A stretch of 64,000 nucleotides of DNA, taken from NCBI GenBank assembly GCA_964016885.1, contig OZ024741.1:73098001-73162000 (forward strand), written 5' to 3'. The notes under the pieces are model-generated. The model worked only from the letters and a program-made list of their open reading frames with translations. It had not been told where the DNA came from and made no database searches. This DNA is from Eledone cirrhosa (Eukaryota). A program made the translations under genes and the position numbers. Shown here piece by piece: positions 27,383 to 43,150 of this stretch. Positions within the stretch are counted from its first letter, which is position 1, and every line of letters begins with the position of its first letter.

Positions 27383-28649
27383 TAATATATATAAATGGAA
27401 TAGAATGAAACGAAATTTCATTTCTCACTCTTAGTATATATATATATATATATACGTGTGTTTAATGGTAGCTATGGTGCTTCCATAGGCGGTATGCCAA
27501 AATTAGCACTCGATATTCTTACAGAGCAGAGTGTGAATAGTATAAAAACCGAAAAATCTGTGATGCATCTGGACTCAGTTTATTGCGTGTTACAATTGTT
27601 TCGCCGGCAGGTAGCTCGAGACATGATTACTGTATGGATCTGGCTGATTCTACGGCTGCAGATTCCTCGGACACATGCAATTCTTTTGGAGCAAATTTTC
27701 TCACTGCGGTGTTATCATTAAAAAACACCGTCAAAAAATATCTTCCACTCTTGTCTTGCCATTGGCTGTTGTTTTTCTACGTCATCATAAATTCTGGTCA
27801 CTATTTAATGCTACACTGGTCATCAGCCATTTTCCGCCCGACACACTTCAATGGAGCCATGCTGGGTTTGGTATCTCACACGTCTGTTCACACTCCCGAG
27901 TATGTACCCACATACACACACACACACACAAATACACACACACACATACACACACGCAGGCACAGACACATGCATGCGTACACATGTACGCACATATGTA
28001 TAGACACACATACCCCCATACACATATATACACACACACACTCTCCCTCTCTTACACATACCCAAGCACACCCACACCCATATACAGACCACCACATGTC
28101 TACTGGCGCCTGCCTTTACAGCCCCTTACATCCGGTCTCATACGCACGCACACGCACGCACACGCGCACACACGCGCATACACGCGCACACACGCGCACA
28201 CACGCGCAGACACACACGTACACGCATACAAAGACATATCGGCGTTCGGGCACATCTGCACATATATACACAAACACTCTCAGACACATACATAGACACA
28301 CACACGCACATACACGCATATCCTTATGGATAGGCATCAATGACAGACACACTTCCAAAGACATAAGCACACATACACACACAGATACAGACCTGTAGAT
28401 ATATCTACAAAGAAGGACATGTACCCGCATATAAACATATAAACAAACCCTGTCCTATGTGGCTGTACGTACGCAAACCCCAAACACACACACACCCACG
28501 GACAGATACACACACCATGTATATATATGTGTGTGTACATACACACACACACATACACATATACATATATGTATACATATACATATATATATATACATAT
28601 ACACACATACATATACATACTTATACGCACATATATGTCTATATGTATG

Positions 28650-28683
<34 letters not shown>

Positions 28684-29229
28684 ATAATATAATATATATA
28701 TATATATGGCTTAAAATTGAGTGAGAATAAGAAGAAAGCAAGAACGGGGGGAGTTTTCCTCATTAGTTGTCTACTGGCGTTCTCGGATATATCCACGCTT
28801 TAAAGACAAGATATCTACCGCCCAGAGCGTTCAATAACTGGGTAAGTTATTAGGAAAACAGAGGAGGGAGGGAAGGAAAATAGAAGGGAAAGGGGAAGAA
28901 AAGAGAAAACAGCGAAAAAAAACAACAAACCGAGCAAATGCGAGCAACTTAAGGTAAGAAAATCCAAGACCACAGCGATAACAGAACTTAAGTTCAAGAG
29001 CGTGTGGGCGAGCGAAAAGGCACGTCTAACCCCAGCGAGAAAAGGACTGCTAGAGAGTCAGGTGAGGGAAACAATGAGGTAGCAGACAGAGAGAGAGTGG
29101 ATGAGTGAAATTGAGAGGGAGAAAGGGAGAGGAAGAAAGAGGGGTAAGAGTAGATAGTAACGAAATAGAAAGGTAGAAGGAGCCAATCCTATTTTCCATA
29201 TATTTTATATATATATATATATATACGTG

Positions 29230-29995
29230 TATAGGAAAATGTTCAAGAGCCCGACGGCAGAGCTCAAGCCGTTTCGACGGCTATTTCTGGACCCACGCAT
29301 ATCTCGTTTGTCCGCTAATGAGCAAATATTCGATGAAAATGCGCCTTATTACAACCAGGCCCCCAAGCGAAGCGGCTTTCGGGAGGAAATCTCCTTTTAT
29401 CCAGCTTTCCTTACCGGAACCAGCAGGCGACGCCGCCGCTCACGCCACATAACGTGGTTCAACCCTCCCCACAATGCCGAAATTGCAACACCATTCGGGA
29501 AAATCTTCTTTAGGCTCCTCGAAAAACACTTCCCACCACAACATAATCAACAAAAACACTATCAAACTCTCCTACAGCACCACACCCAACTTCGCACAAA
29601 ACATCGCCTCCTCAAACAACAAGAAACTCAACTCCTATGGAAGAAACAACCTAGACATTAGTGGCGAGCCGACCAGGAGGTGTCACTGACCTGATAGATC
29701 TACGTGTCCCCTCAACAACAGATGCCGAGAACGTAACGTGATCTACCAATGCAGCGTGAGGACGGAAAACACCGACAAAGCCTATATAGGATTAACCGTT
29801 TATGACTTTAAGACCCGGCTCTACCAACACCGACATACAAGAAGAGAAAAGTGGTCCATAAATAGCCGTCGAAACGACTTCAGCTCTGCCGTCGGGGTCT
29901 TGAACATTTTCCTATTACCCACTCTACTACCCTAAGTATTGAATACTCTGGTGCGTTATGGTCCATCTGGTTCCTTACCACACTTCCTTCGTTAT
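29230..29995 (+). mobile_element. Penelope-like retroelement fragment (RT C-terminus, linker, GIY-YIG) with inverted P1 pLTRs
   Basis: RLSANEQIFDENAPYYNQA..RRRRSRHITWFNPPHN, then CPLNNRC..VIYQC..AYIGLT; frameshifted. Confidence 0.9.
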
Positions 29996-29999
29996 ATAC

Positions 30000-31575
<1,576 letters not shown>

Positions 31576-31577
<2 letters not shown>

Positions 31578-31918
31578 AAGGCGGGTAAAATTCCCGAGAT
31601 CCATGGACGAGTTCTCTCCAGCGGTCTCTGTCCCTCATTATCGCTGCCATGTCCTGCATCTCCAACAGACCAGTGTCTGTCCTTAGGGCATCAACATACG
31701 TTAACCTTGGTCTTCCTCTTCTAGTGTGTCCATGTAAGGGCTCCCAAAGGAGCACTGAGTGCGATGTCAACTCTGGATGTCGGTGAGCATGTCCAGCCAA
31801 CCTCAGTCTCCTCTGTGTCACTTTTGAGCTGACTTTTGGGATGCTCCCATACAGCTCTGAGTTTTTCATCCTCAGTGTATACTGATTAATGTTCAGAGCC
31901 ATCCTCACCATTCTCTAC
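31576..31918 (-). mobile_element. RTE LINE 3' end in (TA)n
   Basis: RRLRLAGHAHRHPE..LWEP.HG..RRGRPRLTYVD..DRDRWR is a typical RTE C-terminus. Confidence 0.9.
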
Positions 31919-32007
<89 letters not shown>

Positions 32008-32212
32008 TTGGTAATAATTTGGTAGAGATATCCAAGGTAGAGAGCAACTCAAGTCTGTAGGACAAGTTTTAATATAATTATTAAGGTGAGTTACTACAAC
32101 ATTTACAGACCAATTTCCGGTTCATTTCCATCACCCCAAATTGAAATATTTGGCCCCCCAAACGACCGAAACGTACTTTACTGGTTTGGCGCCGTTGTGG
32201 TGAATGGCTTTA

Positions 32213-32285
<73 letters not shown>

Positions 32286-32286
<1 letters not shown>

Positions 32287-32645
32287 TAAGTGATGTACCC
32301 AGCTTCGCCCGGGTAAACAGATGATAAGAGAAGACAGGTAAAAGAGAAAATGACTGTATTGGATATTTGTCTGGTTACAGTATGAGGCGGGTCCGTGGTG
32401 TCTGTGTGATACAGAAAACAGTAAAAAAAATCTTCCAGATGTACCAGATTCTTCGTTGTACCGTTTGTGCATAGTATATGACCATTTCTAGGTGCTCCCA
32501 CCTAGAATAGTGACCTCTAGGAGATGGTTCATCTTCTGCCTGATTGTAAAACGTGTATCATTGCATAGACGTGGTTGTTCTACGTTTCTCAAAAGGATGA
32601 TGGAAGTTCCAATCTTTTATATTATATGTAGATATAGATATAGAT
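32286..32645 (-). mobile_element. Non-autonomous Helitron-like element (left arm of the large inverted repeat)
   Basis: Reverse homologue of 35059-35418. Confidence 0.65.
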
Positions 32646-33774
32646 AATTAATATAAAAGATGTCTGTCAATGTAAAAAGGGTCCCTATTTACTCCCTTCA
32701 CAACTCTGTATGTTAGACTGACAGACAGGCACACAGACAGATAAACTGCGTGGCGATTGTGGGATGCCGCATGTACACACACATACACGCATGGAATCGC
32801 GCACACGCACGCAAACTTACACACGCACATACACACACATGTTGATAATTTTTACTTTCTGTGGAACGCTGCACGCACGCACACACACATAAACATACGC
32901 GCACGTACATACACACGCACGCATGTTAATAGTTATTGATTTCATTCACCTCTTATTTCCACACACATCACACACACATGTCTCTACACTGACACATATA
33001 GCGTTCACACTCTCCCCTCTCACTCCCTCATTGGCATTATGCATATTAATTTCAGTTTGGCGTCGTTGAGGTGGGCGGTGTCGTTTGAAAACTATGAACC
33101 AATGATAATCGAGAATTATGATACACGGAATACTGACGTTGTTCAAATTAATATATAGATATATGTATATATTCATATATTCATATGTAGGCCGATAGAT
33201 GTTTGTGAGATTGCTCGCGCGCATGTATGTGTGTTTGTACGCGTATGTATGTGTTGGAGACAAAGAAGAAAAGCTTTTTGAGAGAGTTATAGTGTCTTCA
33301 CACAGCAAAAACACGAATTCAAAGCTCGACAAGTAAAGGTAGAAACTTTATGTGATGGATTTAGTTAACGAAGAAGGGGCGGTATGTCGTTGCGCCGTTG
33401 GTTTCCAATATTAGTGATTTGACTAGAACTGGACTAATGAAACAAGCGGGAAACCGTCCACCAGAAAACCTCACAGCTAGACAGTCAATAAGCACAGGCT
33501 TTCCTGCCGAGCCTTAGAAGACCATCATGTCATCTTTATAACAACTTTTCCGGTCTGCTTTGCAGCAAATACTTTAAAATGGCGACGATTGTATGCGGAG
33601 AAGATGACGTCGCTTGGCTGCAATAAATACAATATGATGTAGGTTTATAATTGGCTATATGTCTGTTATCGTGGACACGTATATATCGTGCGACTTTTTA
33701 TGGATGTGTATTTATGAATATGGATGTCGCTATGTGAATATATATATATGTATATACATGTGTGTGGTGTGTGT

Positions 33775-33881
<107 letters not shown>

Positions 33882-33977
33882 ACGCACAGACACATGTATA
33901 TACATATATATATATATATGTACACATAGCGACATCCATATTCATAAATACACATCCATATGTATATATATATATAC

Positions 33978-34013
33978 ATATGAAAAAATTCAGGACCCTG
34001 GTCGTTTCGACAG

Positions 34014-34069
<56 letters not shown>

Positions 34070-34105
34070 CTGTCGAAACGACCAGGGTCCTGAATTTTTT
34101 CATAT
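33978..34105. repeat. Perfect palindrome centred on (TA)n, P1-related
   Basis: atgaaaaaattcaggaccctggtcgtttcgacagc-(TA)n-its reverse complement. Confidence 0.85.
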
Positions 34106-34106
34106 G

Positions 34107-34138
<32 letters not shown>

Positions 34139-34244
34139 CATGTATATATATATATACATATATATATGTATATATATATATACATATATATATATACATG
34201 TATATATATATATACATATGGATGTGTATTTATGAATATGAATA

Positions 34245-34295
<51 letters not shown>

Positions 34296-34401
34296 AGTGT
34301 CTAAACATAGTTGTAGAAATAAAAATACGATACAAATATACACAAATAGATGCAACATATACGTAGTTAATATTCTAGTTACACACACACACACAAACGC
34401 G

Positions 34402-34496
<95 letters not shown>

Positions 34497-35058
34497 ACAC
34501 ACACATATAAATACACACAAACGTACACATATATATATATATTAATTTTAACAATGTCAATATTCCGTGTGTCATAATTCTCGATTATCATTGGTTCATA
34601 GGTTTCAAACGACTCCGCCCACCTCAAAGACGCCTAACTTAAATTAATATGCATAATGCCAATGAGGGAGTGAGAGAGGAGAGAGAGAGAAGCAAAGTGA
34701 ATGCTGTGTTTGGATACACTATGTATATGTGTCAGTGTAGTGACATGTGTGTGGAAATAAGAGGGGAAGGTAAGCAATAACTATTAACATGTGTGCGTGT
34801 GTATCTACGTGCGCGTATGTTTATGTCTTTGTGCGTGCAGCGTTCCACAGAAAGTAAAAACTATCAACATGTGTGAGTGTGTTTGTGTGTGTAAGTTTGC
34901 GTGCGTGTGCGCGTTTCCATGCGTGTGTACATGCGGCATCCCACAATCGCCACGCAGTTTATCTGTCTGTGTGCCTGTCTGTCAGTCTAACATACAGAGT
35001 TGTGAAGGGAGTAAATAGGGACCCTTTTTACATTGACAGACATCTTTTATATTAATTA

Positions 35059-35418
35059 TCTATATCTATATCTACATATAATATAAAAGATTGGAACTTC
35101 CATCATCCTTTTGAGAAACGTAGAACAACCACGTCTATGCAATGATACACGTTTTACAATCAGGCAGAAGATGAACCATCTCCCAGAGGTCACTATTCTA
35201 GGTGGGAGCACCTAGAAATGGTCATATACTATGCACAAACGGTACAACGAAGAATCTGGTATATCTGGAAGATTTTTTTTACTGTTTTTTGTATCACACA
35301 GACACCACGAACTCGCCTCACACTGTAACCAGACAAATATCCAATACAGTCATTTTCTCTTTTACCTGTCTTCTCTTATCATCTGTTTACCTGGGCGAAG
35401 CTGGGTACGTCAGCTAGT
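35059..35418 (+). mobile_element. Non-autonomous Helitron-like element
   Basis: 5' TCTA..ATATAAAA; 3' CCTGGGCGAAGCTGGG, short spacer, then CTAG followed by T. Confidence 0.65.
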
Positions 35419-35573
35419 ACATATTAATTTATGCATGCAATTTTATGGATCTCTTTCCCCCTCTCTCACATTTCTTTCTTTCTTTCTCCTTATACACGCA
35501 CTCACATACACACAGACACAGACACAGACACGGACACAGACACGCGCTCCCGCACAACACGCGCACACACACA

Positions 35574-35614
<41 letters not shown>

Positions 35615-35689
35615 ACACACACACACAGACACACACATACATATATATGTATACAAAGAAGTCTGATTTTCAGAACACGACGAGCGAAG

Positions 35690-35858
35690 TTTGGAAGTGA
35701 AGTAGAAGTAGAAGCGTCGCAGTATAAAGTCACTGAACGGAAAAAGATGGGTATGCCCCATAACTTTACCTTTCGTCCTTACGGGGTTGATAAAATGAAG
35801 TACCAGTAATGTACTGGTGATATTTGCTGGCCTTGTGCCAAAAGTAGAAACAATTATT
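35690..35858 (+). mobile_element. Degenerate Nin/Deu SINE
   Basis: taactttacctttcgtccttacggggttgataaaatg. Confidence 0.7.
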
Positions 35859-35943
35859 AGACTTTATTGTGTAGTCAAAATATTTACAGCGACGCTTCTA
35901 TATATTTTGCAATATATATATATATGATATATATATATATATG

Positions 35944-35974
<31 letters not shown>

Positions 35975-36250
35975 ATATATGATATATATATATATATATG
36001 ATATATATATATATATGATATATATATATGATATATATATATATATATTGAAAGGATAACAAGGACGATTGATTACTCCTTCATTGCATTTATTGACAGG
36101 TGACGCGCGTTTCGCCACTGATTAGCTCAAGGTTCGATCTGTATCGATCCTACCCGACTCAATAACCGGCAGCTCGACGGACCCTCTTAAAACGCTATTA
36201 GAAAATGAAATACATGCTATGTGGTATTGTTTTGATTGGTGGGAAGGATC

Positions 36251-36312
<62 letters not shown>

Positions 36313-36389
36313 CAAATTTATACGGGAACAAAACAGAGAAAAATAAAGGTTTATTAGGTTCACGTTTTTGAGAGGGGGGGGGGGGGGGG

Positions 36390-36418
36390 GCGTTTCGGGC
36401 ATAAGCCCTTCTTCGGGA
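36390..36418 (-). ncRNA. Damaged pLTR hammerhead core
   Basis: CCGAAGAA GGGC-UUAU-GCCC GAAACG; the cleavage site is replaced by a homopolymer run. Confidence 0.5.
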
Positions 36419-36506
36419 GTAAATAGGTTAGGAAATATATATATATATAGATATATATATATATTTATATGTATATATATATATATACATATATGTATGT
36501 ATATAT

Positions 36507-36544
<38 letters not shown>

Positions 36545-36670
36545 TTATACTTTGGGAGGTATAACAATATCTGTTTCAACACACGTCTTCAGATAAGAAA
36601 TCTCGCAAAACAAATACCGAAACGAATTATATATATATATGCACACACACACATATATATATATATATAT

Positions 36671-36850
36671 AATTGTTTCTACTTTATGCACAAGGCCAGC
36701 AATTACCCACAACATTACTGGTACTTTATTTTATCGACCCCGTAAGGATGAAAGGCAAAGTTAACCTCGGCGGGATTTGAACTCAGACTGTAAAGAGACG
36801 TAACTATGCTAGAAAGCATGGCATCCAACCCTCTACCGATACTGCTAATT
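36671..36850 (-). mobile_element. Nin/Deu SINE
   Basis: Reverse homologue of 20156-20348. Confidence 0.8.
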
Positions 36851-36856
36851 CACTTG

Positions 36857-36887
<31 letters not shown>

Positions 36888-36903
36888 TGAGGGAGAGAGA
36901 GAG

Positions 36904-36944
<41 letters not shown>

Positions 36945-37429
36945 GGGAGAGAGAGAAAGACATAGAGAGAGAGGGGGGAGAGGGAGTGTGGTAATAAACG
37001 CTAAATATTAGCGTAGGGATTACAAAGAGAAAATAGATGTCTAGAAAAAGATTAGAGAAGAGGGTGTGTGTTCAGAGAATAGAATGTCCAGATAGCAAGA
37101 TGGCGCCACCAGAGAAAAGCATGTGGTAATTAAGACAGAGAATCAAAGGGAGATAGTGACAATTAAATCTACATAGTTACTGTCATGTCTTGAGACTTCC
37201 AGTCGTGGTCATCTCAAGCGTTTCGCTTTGGGTGCAGATTTCTATTCGATTAGGTGAAAATACCTTGTGTTGTTGTTGTTGTTGTTGTTGCTGCTGCTGC
37301 TACTGCTGCTACTGCTGCCGCATCTATTATTGTTATTTAGATTTATGTCGTCGATGATAAGGTATATATATATAAATATGTATATATACATATATATGCA
37401 TTTCACATCTATCTATCTATCTGTCTCTC

Positions 37430-37539
<110 letters not shown>

Positions 37540-37540
37540 T

Positions 37541-39791
37541 AGAAGCGCTATTTAATTTGTTGGAAATCCGACAAATATAAATATAAATGTTTATAACTGA
37601 TTTAGAGCACTCAACAGTTCCTGGAGTAAATATTCAATGATATTAAATAAATGGAAACTATATTTATAAAACCATATTGATTTTATTATATATATTTCAA
37701 GGGTACCAAAAGACTTTGGTACTCTTTCTTCAGATAAAATACAAAATTTGTTTTATAAATAGAGAGGAAAATCATATCTTATCAGTTGGATATTCTCTGG
37801 ATAGTGGAAATGTATTAGGGATTTTTCAAACTTATGTGTGAATATGCAAATGAATATGTAAATAATTGAAAACAGGGCTGTACTATCCATTCCATAAAAT
37901 TAATGAGAATCTAAACTATGTAAGTTTTAACTCTAATCATCTGATCTATTAAGAATACTATTGTCGATTGTGTCCAACAACGGAATTCACGCATCTCCTC
38001 TAATAAAAACATTTTAGATGATAAGGCAGAATATTATAATGAAGCTTTAAATAGAGCAGGGTATATAAATAAGATTAAATACATCGACAACAATAATAAG
38101 GTAAATCATCCTACTATTAATTATAATAATAATAAAAAATTTAACTTAAACTCTAAAACTAACAGAAGAACTAGAACTAAAAATATTATTTGGTATTCAT
38201 CCCCGATTCTCATTAAGCGTTAAAACACCTTTAGCAAAGCTATTCTTTAAAGCACTAGACAAATGTTTTCCTAAAGCCCACAGATACCACTCAATCTTTA
38301 ACAGACATACTATAAAACTATCCTACTCTACTACTATGAACATAGCACAAAATATAAATAAAATTAATAATAGAAACTTATATTTAAACCCTAACCAAAA
38401 TAACCAAATTAGCAGTAATAATTCTAGCAATATCCAACCTAATAGTACTGTTCCGAGCAACAACTCTGCAAAATCTAACTGTAGAATTAAATCAAACTGT
38501 CTTTTACAAAATAAGTGTTTAGATAAAAACGTGGTCTAGATTAAAACTAGTGATAATATATTTAACTGTGTCGGTGCAACTTCTACAGAATTTAAAAGTC
38601 GCGGGAATAACCACAATTTTTCTTTCCGAAGATTTGATAAAAAATCTTCAAGTTCTCTTTCAAACCTGATATGGAACTTAAAATGCAAGAATATAGACTA
38701 TTCATTACCTTTGGAAACAGTTTAAAAAGCACGCGCATACCGAAACACAGCTCTATCCAGATTCTGAAAATTTTGTATTGAGGAAATGTTTTATATACTT
38801 AACTGTAAAAACTTAATTAATCTAAGAACGAATTTATTTAATTCTTGTAGACATCACCAGATTTCAACATTCAGAACTATATATAACTTATAATTATACT
38901 TATAATATTCCTATTAATCTCATCTACTTGGTTTTAATATATTGATATCTCTAAATCATAATATCTTTAACATTTGTTGTACTTCCACGTCTTAAAAATT
39001 TTCATATAATATATACCTATATAATTCTAATTTAAACATTTTTTTTTTTTTTTCCTAATTTGAATAATTTTTTATTTCTTTAAAAATTACTTATCTTAAA
39101 AAAAAAATTTGAAGGGATTTTAAAAATATTTTCTTAAAAATATTTTCAAAATTTTTCTCAAGGTTTTTTTTTAATTTAAAAAAAAATGTTCAATATTCTT
39201 TTCAATATTTTTAATATATTTTTTCAATATATTTTTTCAATATATTTTTTCAATATTTCTTCAATATCTTTTCAATATTTTCTCATTATTTTTTCAATAT
39301 TTTTTCAATAGATTAATAACCACTAACTGATTCTGGCTAAATGTATCTTAAACATCTATACTTATTTTGACTAAATAGTTTCACACTAACAAATAAATAA
39401 ATAAAACCGGAGTTTTTTCATTATCTTCCCTTTTAAATCATATAAATATAAATATTCTTACTTAACTTAGTTAATTTAATTTAATTTAATTTAATTTTAA
39501 ATTATTCTCAATTTTAAATACATATTCATTTACATAAAATACAAAACCAATATCCCTCATAACTCATTTGAACAAATATCTATAACATGATATACCTATC
39601 TATTTATTTATTTATATATTTATCTACTTATAAATGAATGAAAAATTTATATTATAAACACATTTTAAACAATTAATATAAATACACATAACATTAAGAT
39701 ATATATTTACATATAAACATACGTAATTGTCCGAATATGTTTCCCTCAAATTAACGTTATATGAGTTTTTATTCATCTTCGGTTTTTTCCT

Positions 39792-39862
<71 letters not shown>

Positions 39863-40172
39863 ACTATTTTGTTCTTCTTTTCTTCTCTCTTCTCTCTTCT
39901 TTCTCTCCATAGTCGTTTAAATAAACGGTTGTTTTTCAATTATTTACATATTGCATATTCACCCATAAGTTTGAAAAATCCCTAATACATTTCCACTATC
40001 CAGAGAATATCCAACTGATAAGGTATGATTTTTCTGGGTATGTCTCTATTTATAAAACAAATTTTGTATTTTATCTGAAGTAAGCGTACCAAAGTCTTTT
40101 GGTACTCTTGAAATATATATAATAAAATCAATATGGTTTTATAAATATAGTTTCCATTTATTTAATATCATT
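37541..40172 (+). mobile_element. Penelope-like element: inverted pLTR, degenerate RT-linker-GIY-YIG (37900-38880), AT-rich 3' region, pLTR
   Basis: NSRISSNK..EYYNEALNRAGY..RTRTKNIIWY and CLLQNKCLDKNVV; 37635-37865 is inverted at 39937-40172. Confidence 0.85.
37680..37740 (-). ncRNA. Type I hammerhead ribozyme with intact core
   Basis: AUUUUAU CUGAAGA AAGAGUACCAAAG/UUUUGGUACCCUU GAAA UAUAUA UA AUAAAAU; the sense copy at 40068-40128 has CUGAAGU. Confidence 0.8.
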
Positions 40173-40194
40173 GTATATATATATATATATATTT

Positions 40195-40945
40195 AGTGGT
40201 AGAACACTGGAAGGTAATATCCGTAGTGGTAGAGCACTCAGTCCATGGGACGAGGTAGGTAGAAGTGGTTACACAACAGTTAATTCACCATACTGAGAAC
40301 AATTGTTTCACCCTTGCGGATCCTTAGCTCGTAATGGACATGGTTATACAGAACAGGAAGGACAACCGCACGAACGCGCATGCGCAGAAACGATCACTTC
40401 ACACAGGCACTACTAAATTGCGGGCGAGAGGTGTAAGGGAGATAACTGCGAAAGTCCGAAAGTTTCTAGTTGATAAGAAAATTAGGATGTTGTTGTAATT
40501 CAATCCGGAGCTTTGTAGTTATGTAAGAGGTGTTTCCAGATGTGTGGACAACGTGTGAAGAATTCAGTTCTCGTGTTTAGGCAATCACTATTGCGTAATC
40601 TCTTTAGAATATTTATTCGTTCATCAATACATAGTCCACACGACGGATTGCCCCTTGCGTATGGCTTGGACTTAGTGATGGCTTTCCATTGAATGGAGTA
40701 GTCTATACTTGAGTCCTTGAGGAACCATACGTGGATCGGGAGTTTTGTGGATGAACGTCTGTCCGGGTACCTAAAGGTCGACTGGTGGTTCAGGGAGCGT
40801 TCCTTAAATTGGCCCTCCGCCACACCCACATAGGATTTGACCTCCTGTGGTTGATTTGGTCGGTTGGAAGTGATTACAGCTTCATAAACTACAGCGGGTG
40901 TGTTGCATTGCTGTTGAAGGTGACACCCTGGTGGGGTGTTGCTCT
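40195..40945 (-). mobile_element. Penelope-like element 3' part: GIY-YIG plus P4 pLTR
   Basis: YVGVAEGQFKER..NH..HVW.LK..IQWK..C.LC.DE; pLTR matches 17046-17250 (hammerhead core mutated to CUAAGGA). Confidence 0.9.
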
Positions 40946-41073
40946 TATATATTTATATATATATATATATATGTGTGTGAGTGTGTGTGTGTGTACGCGC
41001 GCTCGTATGTATAGTGTAATTTGGTAAAGAATATCCAAAGCTGGGATTGCACTCAATCTGTGGGACACGTTGT

Positions 41074-41126
<53 letters not shown>

Positions 41127-41204
41127 CAAAGGGATATATATATATAATTAGACATAGTCACAGATACATATATGAGTTTGGCTACCTTTCACGGTCTGGC
41201 TTAA

Positions 41205-41818
41205 TGAAGAATTATTAGATAAAATATATAGAGTATTACCTCTCCCTAGTCCGTATAAATCAACCATATATATAATCATTAGGCAGTATCTGGCTGCGCT
41301 TTCTAGCAACCAGCCTACTCGCCGACAGGCAACCAATCACACATTTCTGCCTTGACCACTAGCCACGTGATAATTCTTAGCCATTTTGAATTCATTTCTG
41401 GCGGGGATCATGGTAGAAACTTTAGTCCAGACTCGGGCGTCTGTTGATGAGTTACAAGCCTCGTGGATAAATCCATGATCGGGTATATCCACAGAAAATG
41501 AACGAAACTACCGGTAGTCGAGACTAGAGGAATTTTGCTAAAGTTTATGTGCATTTTTTCTTCGAACTTCTATTTCATACTTAACTCCGTGTAGTTGATT
41601 ATAATTATTTGTCTACTCAATTTCTACGGACTAAAATAAATAACTAGGTAAATTTTATCTAGCTGTCCCTCGCGGAAGATAGTCTGTATCATTTGTCTAT
41701 TATTTCTCCATAGTTATATTTTAAACTTATAGCCTCGTTTAAATGATTATTTGTGTGGTTGATTTATACGGACTAGGGAGAGGAAATACTGTATATATTT
41801 TATCTAATAATTCTTCAA
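41205..41818. mobile_element. Unclassified element with ~62-bp inverted repeats
   Basis: tgaagaattattagataaaa...ataaatcaacca versus tggttgatttat...tctaataattcttca. Confidence 0.55.
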
Positions 41819-41984
41819 ACTTGCAATTTTATATATATATATATATATAACGTCCTGGGCACCTCAAATCGTTTGTTCCGGCCGCTCACTCTCTCACTCG
41901 ATGATATCGGGATTATTTAATGAACAAATCAATAGGGGGTTATCAACAAAATCAATATATTAACAATATCTTATATTAACAATA

Positions 41985-42405
41985 TCTCTGAAAAGGCATA
42001 TGATCCGTTCGTCGGGACCTGTTGTAGAAGATTTTGCAGGAGTATGGGATTGATGGTCAACCTTTTGCTGCCCTGATATCTCTATACAAATGAGTAGCTC
42101 GGAGATCAGAGAGTCACTCCAAGTAGAGCCGCTACTTCTCCGAATTGAGACATCACAGCTCCGATACTATAGGTATGAGGTGAGAATGTCTCAGGAAAGA
42201 ATCGCTGGACAGATCTAACGGGCAAATCTAACCCTACAGGAGACTCAGGGGTAGACATCGATCATGATGGTTGGATAACATCCTTGCGCTTGGCTGGTCT
42301 CGCTTGGGGATCCATCCGGATCAGAGACGGTTGCTTGTGACAAGACCTGATGTAAGGAGTGTTTGTGGACTTTGCTCCCACGATCCTCTCAGGAATAAGT
42401 GAGCG
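41985..42405 (+). pseudogene. Deleted RTE (Expander/Rex3-like) fragment with a (GAA)n/(CAA)n tail
   Basis: KAYD..ILQEYGIDG and VEPLLLRIE.SQLR. Confidence 0.7.
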
Positions 42406-43088
42406 AAGAAGAAGAAGAAGAAGAAGAAGAACAACAACAACAACAACAACAACACCAACAACAACAACACCAACAACAACACCAACAATATCGTTAGTCT
42501 CTCACATGGTTTCAAGTGCACCAAATGGTTTATTGCAGTTGCTTTACCAAGTGCACATTGAATACTTACGTAAATAATCCTACATGTCAACTAAGCATAT
42601 GTTTTGGTCGCTACTCGGAGTTTCATGGTGGTATCCGATTAATCTTAGCAGATTAATCTCGTGTGCGCCATCAATCTTCAGCCTCTTTGTAGTGGACTTT
42701 GTAAACTGATCACTGATTTCCGATCCTCATCAGCGAACGACAACAACCTGAGATCAACTCATATGCAAGATAAAAGATGCCGTTATGAAAAAAATATTTA
42801 TGTTTCCGAAGTCCAGTTTACTTCTAGTGCTGAATCAATTAAAAAAACAATTCTTGAAAAGTGTTTTTTCTTTTTTTCTGATTTAGAGGATTGGGGTTCA
42901 TAGGTGGCACAAAAAGAGTCGAGGTCTCTGGCTAAAGAACGTAAAGAAATGTTAATATTAATAAATACAAGGTCGAATTTGACTTCCATTCTTCTGAGGA
43001 TAGCTGAAGTAAAATATACCAATTATATATTGAGGTAAATGTAATCGATGATCTATCTTTCTCCCATGAAAATGTGTGACCTCATAAT

Positions 43089-43141
<53 letters not shown>

Positions 43142-43150
43142 ATATCTCTA

